Shown here piece after piece: positions 1-11,426 of a stretch of 64,000 bases of DNA. The position numbers were made by a program, and so were the translations under genes. The stretch covers positions 1 through 64,000 of the IMG/VR virus record IMGVR_UViG_2974723051_000001. One strand, given 5' to 3'. The first letter of the stretch is position 1; the number at the start of each line of letters is the position of its first letter. The notes beneath the pieces were generated by a model. It searched no databases. It had not been told where the DNA came from and was given only the letters and a program-made list of their open reading frames with translations. This stretch comes from a virus. Taxonomy: Duplodnaviria; Caudoviricetes.

Positions 1-9
1 TAAACTAGT

Positions 10-696
10 TTAATCATGTTCAGCATCCTCTATGTTTGAAGGAATGATATTTGAATGTGCGATACTCTTCGTATCTAGTTGTCCCTCTATTACTTTCTCA
101 CGTTGCTTGTTAGAAAGATTACTTACTGCTGCTGCTAGGTCAGCAATCACACCACTATCATTAGCAGTTAAATCAACAGTAAGCTTAGCTGACTCAGGTG
201 CTTTGAGATGGTTCATCAAAGAATCAGCAGCCTTCTGTACTACATATTCATTCTGGCTATTCAGTAGATTAGCCTGTGCTGCAATAGCCTTATGTCGAAC
301 ACTTGCATACATAATATGGTCAGGAATAAGTGTCTGTTCATAAATCAGAGTAACCAACTTATTCTTGTTATATGTACTAGCATACGCTGACATATCCTTA
401 GTGGATACATTCCTTGCAGCCATGGCCTGACATTTAGCCGGAAATACCTTCTGATATGCTCCCATGCTACTCATACCCATAGCTTTGTAGGATACAAACA
501 TCACAGCATTGAAGTAGTCATCTAATTTGAATCGCCCCTCTTGTAGAACTTTCGAATATGTAATTATATTATTCGTATAGACCTCAGCCATTTCAGGGTC
601 AGCAACCATTGCATTAACCTTGTCTACAAATTGCTGGTCAATCTTACTTCTATGCTGTTTAGGTATAGATTCTTTAAGTTCAACTACGGATAACAT
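10..696 (-). CDS. Conserved N4-like protein (N4 gp69-like, terminase-adjacent; possible small terminase subunit)
   Basis: 228 aa; recalled resemblance to the N4-like gp69 family (YSKVLQEGRFKLDDYFNAVMFVSYK, AADSLMNHLKAPE); late-strand orientation. Confidence 0.7.
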   Translation of the reverse strand: MLSVVELKESIPKQHRSKIDQQFVDKVNAMVADPEMAEVYTNNIITYSKVLQEGRFKLDDYFNAVMFVSYKAMGMSSMGAYQKVFPAKCQAMAARNVSTKDMSAYASTYNKNKLVTLIYEQTLIPDHIMYASVRHKAIAAQANLLNSQNEYVVQKAADSLMNHLKAPESAKLTVDLTANDSGVIADLAAAVSNLSNKQREKVIEGQLDTKSIAHSNIIPSNIEDAEHD

Positions 697-736
697 ATTT
701 AGCCTTTAGGGTTGTTATAGATATAAGGATATTACT

Positions 737-925
737 ATGGCTCAAATCAAAATCAAACCAAGCAAGGTAGGAACACTACGTGCAATAGCTCGCAGAGAGG
801 GTGCAATCAACGATGAAGGTAAAATCTCTGTATCTTGGATGAGAAAGAAAATGTCCTCTCCAAGGACTTCCGCAGCGGTTAAGAAAAAGCTTAACTTCGC
901 TCTAAATGCAAGGAAATGGAAATGA
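737..925 (+). CDS. Small basic protein, possibly nucleic-acid binding
   Basis: 62 aa, K/R-rich, AAGGA RBS; C-terminus KKKLNFALNARKWK. Confidence 0.7.
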   Translation: MAQIKIKPSKVGTLRAIARREGAINDEGKISVSWMRKKMSSPRTSAAVKKKLNFALNARKWK

Positions 926-3900
926 AACTAATACCACCATACTCTTTTCTACCCGCCCATACCGGGTACAACTTCAAAGGGAGGGTACGTTACTTTGCTA
1001 ATCACCCACACTTACGTTGATATTAAGGATTATCGCAGAGGTCAGACTGAAGTTTGGATAAATTACAAGGGAATGGAAGTTATGCTCCATTCCCCTAAAA
1101 ATGCACTATTCAACCTAGTGTCTTCCGAATGGGATAATGATATATCTAATGGAAAACTAACCAAATATAAGGATAGACCTGAAATTTAACAAGGAATCAC
1201 GCATGTTACTAATAAATGGGAGAATGACACTTAAAGACCCTAAGCGATTAATGGGGTATTACCTAAATTATAGAAATAACTACTACATTGTGCTCGAAGG
1301 TACTGAAATTCTGTATTGTGCTAAGCCAATCAGAGGCAAATATCCTGTACCTCCTAGAGCAACTTGGGAAATATTTGGACAACAAAGGATGGATAAGAAA
1401 TTGCTAACAAGGATGCTAACATTACTAGGATTACTCCTAATATCTTTCAAAGTTTGCTCAGCAGACTTAATTCTAGGTGGGTTCAGCTACCACATTGCAG
1501 ATAACAACTACTGTTATGCTGGTGAATGTAGACCCCTCAATGAAACCAACAATGCTATTGGTATCCAAGACAGGGATATCAGACTCACTCTCTACAAAAA
1601 TAGCTATTACAAAGATAGCTTTGCTTTGATGTGGGTTCCCTCAGTACCTATAAACCAAGATATGGAACTAGGTCTAAGACTAGGTGCTACTACCGGTTAC
1701 CAATACACACCTGTAGGTTTGAAATATACACCAATAGTTGGAATAGAAATGAAGTTTGACTTCCATTACTTCAAATTGGTTCCTGCTTTCCAAGCACCTA
1801 GTGTGCTATCCATACACATGGAGATACCTCTACCATGACACTTATTAAACCGTTTAGAAAACTTAATCCAAATAATAGTAAAACTAGAAGTCTACGTTAT
1901 GTGGAAATGACTAATGCTTACTTGATTATACAAGATAAGAAATCTATGGCCTTTCGTTATGAAACTAATCAAATCACAAACAGTATGTAGTAGTCCTGAA
2001 ACGGCTATATACACCTCTTTCCCCTTGGCAAAGCTTCACAAAGGTGTTTACTCAATGTGGACTCCCAACTTAGGAATAGATATACACTATGCACCTGATA
2101 CAAACTAAATACGTAAACGCCAATCAGGATATCTTATGGTTTGAATACCTCGATTATTCTTTCGATGGATGGATAGAGGAAAATGTTGACCTCGATAAGT
2201 ATAGAGGTAGCTATTCAATTGGTACACATGACAACTATACAAACATACCGGTAAGACGCCCATGAAACTAGTACCCAACTACAAATCATTTGGTGCTCTT
2301 ACCAATATCTGGTTTTCCTATTGGCCTGAAATCTATGAGTTCGATTCTGACGGTATAAATGAATCTGCATTCCGCAGTGATGACTGGAGTTGGGCTGAGG
2401 ATTTCTTTGAATTAACTCCAATAGAGAGGTCAGACAATGCACCTATTAACTAGCTATATACAAACCAGTGCAAACAGGAATAGTAGTTACCCTTACACAG
2501 CTATTATCTACCGTGAGCAAGTGTACTTTAACTATGACCGCATTAAGCGTGTAGGTAATAAGTGCGGTACAACTTGGGATAAATACTGGAAACCATATGA
2601 CCTTAATACAAACAGCAAAGGGAATACCATTTAGACCATTGAATGCGATTGGTTTGGTAGCTTGCCCTAGTCAATACTATTACATGCTGGGGACTACCAC
2701 AGCAGATTGGATATTTACTTATGACCTTAATACAAAACTACCAAGAGTCTGATACATCTTGGTACTTCCCATATAAAGACATAATCTATACAGAATATGG
2801 TGCAGGCTTAGAAGTAGCTGGATGTTCCAGTTTAGGCTTCTACAAGTTAAGAACTATGTACCGACTAACACCAATGGAGAAACCATGAAGATATATAGAA
2901 TGCGTGTTCATCATCAACATGATGTATATGTCTGTCAGATAAAACCAGATGCTGTATTCGACTATAAGGTTTCAATGAGGAAAGTAAACTATACACATAG
3001 ACCTCATGTAGCCGGTTGGATTGAACAATGCCTTAATAGACCAGAGATATACACGGATGCACTTAACCCAAACAAGAACCCACATAAACCAATCTAACTA
3101 CATTGCCTTTCAATACCTACCTAAACAATTTGCAGTACTAGAAATCTCTCTTGAGATACGTCAGATATATCGCCATGCAAATGCCAATTGGGGTGCACTC
3201 TACTATGATGCAGTCTACATTCCTACGAGGAGAACCAATGCGCCTAAGTAAAACATACTTCGACCCTGAAGCTTCAGATGGTTCCCTTATGTGGGAGTTT
3301 GCTGAAAGCGAATTCTACTTGCTAGAAGGAACAGTTAGAAAGAGATGTTCTATAGCTGAATGGTTCCATGAAGAAGTAGCTAGTGAGGAATTAATACCTT
3401 ATGCAACTAATAAGAACAGATACGTATACAGCTAAACCTAACCAAGAGTTTATACCAGTAAATCTAATTAGATGGGATAGTAGCTATGTTCGTTGGACAT
3501 TAACGGAAGGATTAGAGTTTATATATGAAGTTAGTTAAAACTGAAGTTGATTATGAGCTAGCACTCAACTCAGCAATGGAATTCAGTCATCGAGGCTTTA
3601 CATACACCTTAGATGATGAATGTACCCACTGTTTCTATACACCCTACAAATTATACCTAATTTACTATGAAGCTGATTGAAACAATTATGCGAAGGGCTA
3701 CGAACCCTTACACCGAACCATTGAATAGATTTATGATGAATCGTCCTGAGTTCTCCCTACGTATCAACCATAAGAGAGTATTATTCTACTATGGAATTAA
3801 GAAGAACAGTAATTAACTCTTACAATTCTACCCTACCATTACACTTCAAATGTATCACACCACATGTAATAGGTGGTTACTGTTTAGATGTTCGTGAAAC

Positions 3901-5134
3901 TCCCGGACTAGTACAAAGGGTGGTGATACGTGCGATTAATTAAACTTAATCTTAAAGGTGACTGTTATAGGTCTAACATCTTAAGACCCCATAAGTACTT
4001 TAACCATGAATATGCATTTATACATAACAATAAATGGAGCCAAATCTACTATGACCCTAATCACAATACATCTAGATTTAAAGGATAGATTTGAAGCACA
4101 TTCACCACTAAGACAGCACACAAGAATAACTACAGATTATGTCCTGTACTTAGGTAGACAAGGGAGGATTAGATTCAAATATGAACCTAATAGAAACCAT
4201 TAACTTTAAATCGGATTTCGATGTAACTGTACCTCTAAAACCAGTTGCAGATATGGTATTCAACTATACAGCTAGATATAACTGTAAGAGAGTTTATATA
4301 AGGTATGAAACTAATAAAGATATTCCAAGAAGTTCATAGACTTGTTGATGCCTATGACCCTTGTCCACTAGAGCAACACTTCAGAACTAGTCCTAACCAT
4401 GATGACTATCACATGTTCCAGTTATGGACACCTAACACTTACCTTGGATTCAACTATGAAACTACTTAACACTAAGCCTATGGGTATTGCGACTCCACGT
4501 AACAAGTTAAGACATCACACTAGTTACCGTAACAGGTTTGTACTTATCCATAACTCAAGAGCATTCCATATAGACTATGAAACTAATTAAAACAAACGTA
4601 CACACAGATACCGCCCGTGAATACAGACCAGTAAGACTATGTAAGTACAGTCTGTATACCAATACATATGTGACATGGACTAAACACACAAGAGTAGAAG
4701 TTATCTATGAAGCTAATTAAAACTACTATGATGCAGTACCAAGGGTTTACTGTGTATGAGGATGGTTTAGAGATGGCACGTACTGCTGCACAGTTAGATG
4801 TAGTTATCGAACCAAGTAAAAGTATAAACATAAGGGTAGCTTTTATATATGAGACTAATTAAGACATCTACCTATCCGGTAGTTGTGAGAGGACTGAACC
4901 AAGATAAAGGACTAACTCGCTTTGGGGAAGTAGGAAATACGTACACTATGCGGATAAATAGTATGAGAGTAGTAGTAGATTATGCAAGTAGTACCGGCAG
5001 TAACATCTAAGTATAAGAGTACAACTATTAAGTTTATCTATATGGATGTAATAGTATTTATGGACTTTGAAGAAGGGTATGCATCTATGAGTAACTTTAA
5101 CACTTACTACGTAAGAACCATTAAACTAAGATAG
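922..5134 (+). repeat. Micro-ORF array A: about 26 overlapping short ORFs, most starting M-x-L-[ILV]-x-T
   Basis: Starts read at 922, 995, 1203, 1835, 1959, 2089, 2262, 2437, 2597, 2721, 2885, 3057, 3238, 3401, 3525, 3667, 3791, 3930, 4051, 4181, 4305, 4456, 4577, 4707, 4849, 4982; nearly every start overlaps the previous ORF. Confidence 0.85.
1203..1838 (+). CDS. PagP-like outer-membrane beta-barrel protein (probable internal start at 1389 or 1413) in frame with an upstream micro-ORF
   Basis: Signal peptide MLTLLGLLLISFKVCSA, then GGFSYH...NETNNAIG...LYKNSYYKDS...LGLRLGATTGY, matching the H / (D,N)S layout of PagP-like barrels. Confidence 0.55.
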   Translation: MLLINGRMTLKDPKRLMGYYLNYRNNYYIVLEGTEILYCAKPIRGKYPVPPRATWEIFGQQRMDKKLLTRMLTLLGLLLISFKVCSADLILGGFSYHIADNNYCYAGECRPLNETNNAIGIQDRDIRLTLYKNSYYKDSFALMWVPSVPINQDMELGLRLGATTGYQYTPVGLKYTPIVGIEMKFDFHYFKLVPAFQAPSVLSIHMEIPLP

Positions 5135-5244
5135 TCGGCCCATTAGGGAAATATCTAATTTTAGTAGACATGCAGTACTTACAGGTTTTGAGCGAATAAA
5201 TAGAACATACCCCCCCATCTTTCTCTACTCAGCTATACGTACAG

Positions 5245-5265
5245 ATGCTCCGCATAACTCACGGA
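5245..5265 (+). promoter_or_regulatory. vRNAP (early) hairpin promoter
   Basis: ATGC-TCC-GCAT; template-strand C-GGA-G triloop hairpin as in N4 early promoters; GGA follows. Confidence 0.8.
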
Positions 5266-5301
5266 TATCCAACCACATCACTAATCAACGAGGATTCTCA
5301 C

Positions 5302-5523
5302 ATGAAAGAACTACTAGCAGCACTAACTCTAACTATGTCTACTCTATTCAACGTGTTCACTACTCTACTTGAATGCATCGGTCTACTATCAGCATCAGCT
5401 AAGAATGTATCTCACGTAGTGGAAGATGCATCTAATACATTCCGTATGGAAGAGAAGCTACTTAACGCTGATAAGATTAAGAAACTTAAAGAAGACCTAC
5501 GCAAAAAGGACATCGAACTATAA
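5302..5523 (+). CDS. Early hypothetical protein
   Basis: GAGGA RBS then ATG at 5302, directly after the promoter and followed by a terminator. Confidence 0.75.
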   Translation: MKELLAALTLTMSTLFNVFTTLLECIGLLSASAKNVSHVVEDASNTFRMEEKLLNADKIKKLKEDLRKKDIEL

Positions 5524-5550
5524 GTCACCTTCGGGTGGCTTTACTCTTTT
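5523..5550 (+). terminator. Rho-independent terminator
   Basis: AGTCACC-TTCG-GGTGGCT plus T-rich tail. Confidence 0.7.
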
Positions 5551-5873
5551 ACACATTACACAGACACAACACACTAGATAGTTACTCTTAGTTTAAGTTT
5601 AACTAATCACTATCCTTCGGATAGTTTAACGAACTAATAAACTTGGAGATGTAATGCAACTAATACATACACCTAGAATAGCTGAGGTTAAGTATGAGCT
5701 TAGTTATCTAAATGGGTACTATGTGCATAACTCTTACCGTAAGCAATTACTTTAACTCTATATAGGAGATAGATAGAACTAGAGGTAAAAGCAGGTTAAT
5801 TGTGAGTATAGTTTGTGGTTTCGATAAGCTAAGTCAATCTGTTGTAAAACTATAGATAACCTAAAGGTTATCC

Positions 5874-5890
5874 ATTACTCCGTAATAGGA
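5874..5890 (+). promoter_or_regulatory. Probable vRNAP hairpin promoter
   Basis: ATTAC-TCC-GTAAT upstream of the ORF at 5912. Confidence 0.55.
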
Positions 5891-5911
5891 ATAGATAACA
5901 GGAGATTACTT

Positions 5912-6130
5912 ATGACACACTTAACTGATGAAATATTTGATACAGCTAAAACTTACTCTAACTCTCATCCAGATGGTCAACCTATGCTCGAAGAACTTAA
6001 ACAGTGCATAGCTGATGGTTGGAGTATGTGCATGTACATTGACTATCTATCTCAATACTTTACTTACAACAGTATCCAACCAATCATTGAACCAATATGG
6101 GATATGGAACTAACAGGAGCAAACTCATGA
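5912..6130 (+). CDS. Early hypothetical protein
   Basis: 72 aa, AGGAG RBS. Confidence 0.7.
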   Translation: MTHLTDEIFDTAKTYSNSHPDGQPMLEELKQCIADGWSMCMYIDYLSQYFTYNSIQPIIEPIWDMELTGANS

Positions 6131-6372
6131 AACACATATTAATACTACTACTTCTATTATCACCACTAGCACAAGCTAAGACATATAAATATGGTGTTGC
6201 ATGTCATTGGGATACAGGAATCAAAGTGTACTTCACAAATGAAATAGCAGGACTAAGTACTACATCTACTGTGTACATCTTACGTGATGCAGTAGAGACA
6301 CATGATGACAGCAAGATAATCAAACAACTATATGTACCCGCATTTAAGTGCTACATAGAACAATTCAATTAA
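6127..6372 (+). CDS. Secreted/periplasmic hypothetical protein
   Basis: Signal peptide MKHILILLLLLSPLAQA; ATGA overlap. Confidence 0.7.
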   Translation: MKHILILLLLLSPLAQAKTYKYGVACHWDTGIKVYFTNEIAGLSTTSTVYILRDAVETHDDSKIIKQLYVPAFKCYIEQFN

Positions 6373-6400
6373 GACTACTTCGGTAGTCTTTTTTCTTTTC
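6371..6400 (+). terminator. Rho-independent terminator
   Basis: AAGACTAC-TTCG-GTAGTCTT plus T-tract. Confidence 0.85.
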
Positions 6401-6410
6401 AGGGGTACAC

Positions 6411-8277
6411 ATGAAATTATGCAAAGTAAAACTAATACCACATTTTGATGACATATATAGATTTCGTTATAACTCGAATGCTTACTGTCAATGTACAAGA
6501 CTAGGAATGTGGTAATGCTAATACTCAGAACACTTGATTCACATGGTACATGGTCATGGGAATATAACGATGAAGTCTACTGCTTTAACTATGTATATGG
6601 GGTGTGGTAATGACACTAATTAAACTCAGAAAGAATAGACGCAATAACTATGAGTTAGTCTCTGATATCTATTACTACGAGAATAATGGTTATGTCGGTT
6701 ATTACTTATACCATCCAGATAACGGGATATGGTGATGACACTATTTAAACTCAAACGTAATAAATACGATAACTACGAGATAATCTCAGATACTTATAAA
6801 TCTTCTGATAAGTTTTATGTAAGTTTTTATCTCTTTCATCCATTGAAAGGAATATGGTGATGCTACTCATTCAAACATATTACGAACTAAAACATACAGA
6901 TGCAGATGAGTATTGGTTCTCATATAAAACTTATGATTCTGTATTTATACAAAATAAGTGTATGTATCACTATCCAGAGTTAGCACCTGATGTAGCTACA
7001 TGGATATACAACAAAGAAATAATACCAACACCTAGGAGAACCAATGGAATTAATACATAACTATGATAGTGGTGCTAAGACTTATATATGGCTAAGCTAC
7101 CAAGATAGAAGTTACAACTTCCCAAATCCTAAGAATTACCCTCATTATTCTAAATACCAACTTAGTTATTATGAAAGCTGTAAGGTTACTTGGAATAATT
7201 GGGTAAATACTGGAATATTAACAGTCAAACAGAGGGAACCAAATGATATTACTTAATACATACGATAGTGCTTCATATGCACTTATATGGATTAAATATG
7301 GTGACATGGAATATTGTATGAAGAATACAGATTCTAATAGACGTGCTACTCCTTGTCCTTTAGCAGAGTCACGTGTAGGTGAACCTCTATGGTATAGCTG
7401 GTTACACACGGGTATTGAAGCTGGTGGAATAGTTATCAAACAGAGGCCAAATCAATGATAGTAGTTACAACATACCTAAGTAGTTACGACAAACTACATA
7501 AACCAAATGCTTGTGTACATTGGGATTACAAAGGTAAAGGTTATGGCTTATGTCATAACAGTAATACAAAATTATTCGTTAGTACTCCTACAATTAATAA
7601 ACTATTAAAGGATGATGAACATTATGCGCCTATTAAAGACATATTACATAATTCATAATCCAGCATCACTACGAGTACTAGTAGATGCTAATAACCTAGC
7701 TAATTTTTACTTTGGAGAAGATGCAGAAGGTTTTGTATATCACACAGGTGATAATCATGCTGTGTCTTATTTTCAATCATGCGTGCAGTGTGGTGAATAT
7801 AAAAGGAAACTAAGATGAAACTACTAGAAGTATATTTCACACCTGCTGGTACTGTGCGTGTTATTAAACTTGAACCTATGAATTACATGATAGGTAGATT
7901 AGGTTTACAACATTGGGGTAGTGCCAATTGGAAGAATTATAAGAGAGTAACTAAATGAAACTATATAGAATTAAATCTAATCATTGGGGATTCTTAGAAT
8001 TTATAACTGAGTCTAGTGTCTGGTGGAATAACTCAGATGGTAGCTTTGTGAAATACTCATAGGGGATAATATGTTACTTATGCCTATATTTGGTGCAGCG
8101 TATAAACCAGAGAACTATGTATTACACTTCCAGTATAAGTTTAAACAGTTCACTATTGATGTTGACTTTGCTGATAGGGAAATGACTAAGAAACATATAG
8201 AGATATATGCATCTAAACCAACTAGAAACTGGAACAGAGGTAAAGTAAGAATACCTAAAGGCTTTAAATATATTTAG
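6411..8277 (+). repeat. Micro-ORF array B (12 ORFs)
   Basis: Starts at 6411 MKLCKV, 6515 MLILRT, 6610 MTLIKL, 6735 MTLFKL, 6860 MLLIQTY, 7044 MELIHNY, 7243 MILLNTY, 7455 MIVVTTY, 7624 MRLLKTY, 7815 MKLLEVY, 7955 MKLYRI, 8071 MLLMPI. Confidence 0.85.
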
Positions 8278-8278
8278 T

Positions 8279-8302
8279 GTATTGCTCCGCAATACTCGTG
8301 GA
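8279..8302 (+). promoter_or_regulatory. vRNAP hairpin promoter
   Basis: GTATTGC-TCC-GCAATAC 7-bp stem; GGA at the same spacing as at 5245. Confidence 0.85.
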
Positions 8303-8325
8303 AATAAATTATTGGAGAAAATCTT

Positions 8326-8502
8326 ATGTTTACTGAAGCTATTCAACAAGCCAGAACAGCAGTACAGAAAGGCCTAACACATAAACAATATGTGGGAGAA
8401 GCCAAGCAATCTACACTAATTGAATATGTTGAAACCATCATACTTGATGAAGATGCATATAACCGCTTAACAACAATCATGAGTAAGGAGTATCTAAAAT
8501 GA
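8326..8502 (+). CDS. Early hypothetical protein
   Basis: GGAG RBS, MFTEAIQQ..., 58 aa after the promoter. Confidence 0.65.
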   Translation: MFTEAIQQARTAVQKGLTHKQYVGEAKQSTLIEYVETIILDEDAYNRLTTIMSKEYLK

Positions 8503-8795
8503 GAACTCTAGCATTACTTATCTTAAGCTTTCTAGCTGTAATTATCTGTCAAGAAGTACTACCTTACAACTACAGAAATATTGCCTCATTGCTTGCTGTA
8601 CTTGGGTTATTATGGGTATTTCACGATGTACTAGGTTATTGGGCTAAATTTGTATTTGCAGTAATAGTCCTGATACTTGGAGTACTGATATCAATAATCA
8701 CATTCCCATTCTACATGGCTGGCAGAGCATTCCAGAAAGGTCAAATAGCAGCAATCAAAGAAACACAACCAAAGGAAAATAAACATGATTTCTAA
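8499..8795 (+). CDS. Membrane protein
   Basis: Three hydrophobic segments; AAGGAG RBS. Confidence 0.75.
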   Translation: MRTLALLILSFLAVIICQEVLPYNYRNIASLLAVLGLLWVFHDVLGYWAKFVFAVIVLILGVLISIITFPFYMAGRAFQKGQIAAIKETQPKENKHDF

Positions 8796-8904
8796 GAAGG
8801 TAGAACGAGCACTACGACAAGCTAACGCATTAGGTGGACAGCGTGAACCAAAGAAAGAAATGAACCAATGTCCTTATAAGCGAAAGCATTCTAACTAATC
8901 AATT

Positions 8905-8934
8905 GAGCATCCATTTGGATGCTCTTTTTCTTTT
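8905..8934 (+). terminator. Rho-independent terminator
   Basis: GAGCATCC-ATTT-GGATGCTC plus T-tract. Confidence 0.85.
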
Positions 8935-8943
8935 GGAGGCTCT

Positions 8944-11180
8944 ATGAAGCTACTACAGGGCTACAAACCAGCTAATCTCACACATAGTCATCAACGTAGA
9001 TATGTGTTTGGTGACCGGACATATATACAAAGTACTAAACGTTCTAAGCGTTTAAAACCTTCTTTTTATAATGCTGCATCATTCTACGAAAGAATAATGG
9101 AGGGTAAGCACATTGCAGTTACTAGAGACGTATGAACGTGTTCAATTTACAAATGGTATAGCATTTGTAACCAACGTACAGGTATTCAAGTGCATTCCAG
9201 ATAAGGGTATTAAGGAATCCAAAGTACCTATCAATCACTTCTTACCATGGCTACGTACCGGTAAATACCGGAGGTTATCTAAATGCAATTAATATCAACA
9301 TTTGTATGGGAAGATGACATTCACGGAAGACCTAAACTTAACTATAGAAATGAGGGTGTTTACCTCAATAGTATAGTTGGTCTTAAGCGCAGAATGGGTG
9401 GTAGACCATACAAAATACATAGAACACGCAAATACCTTTCTAGAAGCTAACTCGAACCAAAACAGTAAAAAACTCTATATGTAGTCTAGTACCTAACTAG
9501 TATATTTGAGTGTATTTCTATGGTTTAAGTTAGTTTAATTTTTAATCAAATTGGATAAAATTTAATCATGAGACTAATAACTGGCTATAGATATAACGAA
9601 CGATTGACCATGTATAAGTACAAACCAACTGGCTACAAAGCTAGTGGATACATGCATGACATTGACCCACCATTTAACAGAGTATTTGGAAAGATACCTT
9701 TAAGCTACATGGATGGTGCTAAGAAGATGTGGAAGCGAGGTGTACGTGTATGCGACTAGTACGAATACAGTCATGGGATGAAGAGTACTACGATGAAGTA
9801 GAACAATACTCATATGGTATTGGCTCTTTGTGCTACCCAAATATACGTATGTTCACTATGAGACAAATAACGGCTAGAGGTATAACTACTGTTGTTCATA
9901 GTACCTGTGAAGAAGCATTGATTACCTTTATAGATGGTGAAGCATTACATCTAAGGAGTGCGATGTGAAAATAAGTTACACATATTGTAGTCCCTACTCA
10001 GGCTATAAAGGTGGAATGGTATTTGAGTATGGAATAGATGTTTATATACATACCTATTCTAATTGTACTACTAAGAAAGCTTATTGGACTGTAGATGAGT
10101 TTCGCAAACGGGTAGCCAAAGATACATGGATAAGGGTGGAGAGATATGCAGCTACTAGTAATGCGTAAGTTCCCTGAGTATCTATGTTTCCCTCAATCAC
10201 ATGTAACTGTATACAGGCATATGTTGGTAGGTGTTATACCTGAATTATTTGGGAGAAGTAATAACTACTGTTACCTACCAGTAATGAGTGAACTAATGGA
10301 ACATACGGGTAATAGTTATGGTTACAACGGTGGATACAATAAGTCTAAACCAGTTAATCCTAGGCATGATACATGGTTACTTAAACTTAAACGATGGTAT
10401 GCGGAGAGAGTGCAATGAGACTCATTAGAACATTTGGTTCCAAGCATACGTTACATAATGGTGGTTCATTATTTAGGTATCGATATAAATATTATTTATA
10501 TGGGGTTAGAAGTAATTTACGACATATTACTTGGTTAACATCAGAAGATACTGCTAACCGTTTCTCTAGGGGTGTATGGGTTTACTTCAGTAAGGAAACC
10601 AATGAAATTGTACAGCGTATTCAAGATTAAATATCAGTGGGGACATTACATATCTGCTGATATAGGTATATTTTACATCGGTATATATGGGATGCATCAT
10701 TCATCTATGTCCGATGAGACATTACATAACAAACAATTACGTGGTCATGTGAAGACCGTAAGGAGACTACAATATGAGAGTAATAAGCACATATGCCAAC
10801 CCAGAAGCGGTGAGGCTGTTTAACGCTGCATTCCGATATAAAGATACTGTGTATCGAGCTAGAACCAATGTACTACATGAATATGTAGATATAAGTGTAC
10901 CTAGATTCTTAGTAGCTGTTGAGTCAGGTAACTTAGTACCTTCAAAGGACAGAACCAAAAAACTGAGTATGTTCTTATGATGCTGCTGGCTACTTATAAC
11001 CATACGCTATATGAACGGCAGGGTAAGGTTTACCCTATATTTACCTATGATATGCCATACACCCTCGAAAAGATGTATGGGAGCTATGGGATTGCTAACT
11101 TGTCCCTTAGTCGTGATTTTATAGCCCGTGATATTAAGTATGGCAGGATGCTCCGCATCACACGTGGAACAACTATCTAA
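8944..11180 (+). repeat. Micro-ORF array C (11 ORFs)
   Basis: Starts at 8944 MKLLQGY, 9113 (TTG) MQLLETY, 9283 MQLISTF, 9568 MRLITGY, 9750 MRLVRI, 9965 MKISYTY, 10146 MQLLVM, 10415 MRLIRTF, 10602 MKLYSVF, 10774 MRVISTY, 10980 MLLATY. Confidence 0.85.
11147..11168 (+). promoter_or_regulatory. vRNAP hairpin promoter
   Basis: GATGC-TCC-GCATC then ACACGT-GGA; same architecture as 5245 and 8279. Confidence 0.85.
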
Positions 11181-11190
11181 GGAACCAATC

Positions 11191-11403
11191 ATGAGATACG
11201 TAATAACTACAATCCTAGCTCTATTACTTGCTGCTGCATCAGTAGTATTCGTTAAAGCGGTGAAAGCTGAGATGGCCGTAGTTCACGCTGAAGGGCAATG
11301 TATCGCCAGATACATTGAACAAGGCGTAGAACGGAAGGACATCAAAGTTACACGTGGAAGCTGTGAAGTAATTATATATGGTGAAGCAACTTTAAGGGAC
11401 TAG
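11191..11403 (+). CDS. Small membrane-anchored protein
   Basis: AAGGA RBS; N-terminal hydrophobic helix; C..R..GVERKDI..C motif. Confidence 0.7.
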   Translation: MRYVITTILALLLAAASVVFVKAVKAEMAVVHAEGQCIARYIEQGVERKDIKVTRGSCEVIIYGEATLRD

Positions 11404-11426
11404 CCTTCGGCTAGTTGGGTGAACCA

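Noticed and set aside
3401-5134. CRISPR array
   Set aside because: Repeats are short and degenerate, spacers are 110-140 bp open reading frames, and no cas operon is present
5245-5301. N-terminal extension MLRITHG, similar to MLRITRG at the end of ORF 10977
   Set aside because: The similarity comes from the shared promoter hairpin DNA; the start with an RBS is at 5302
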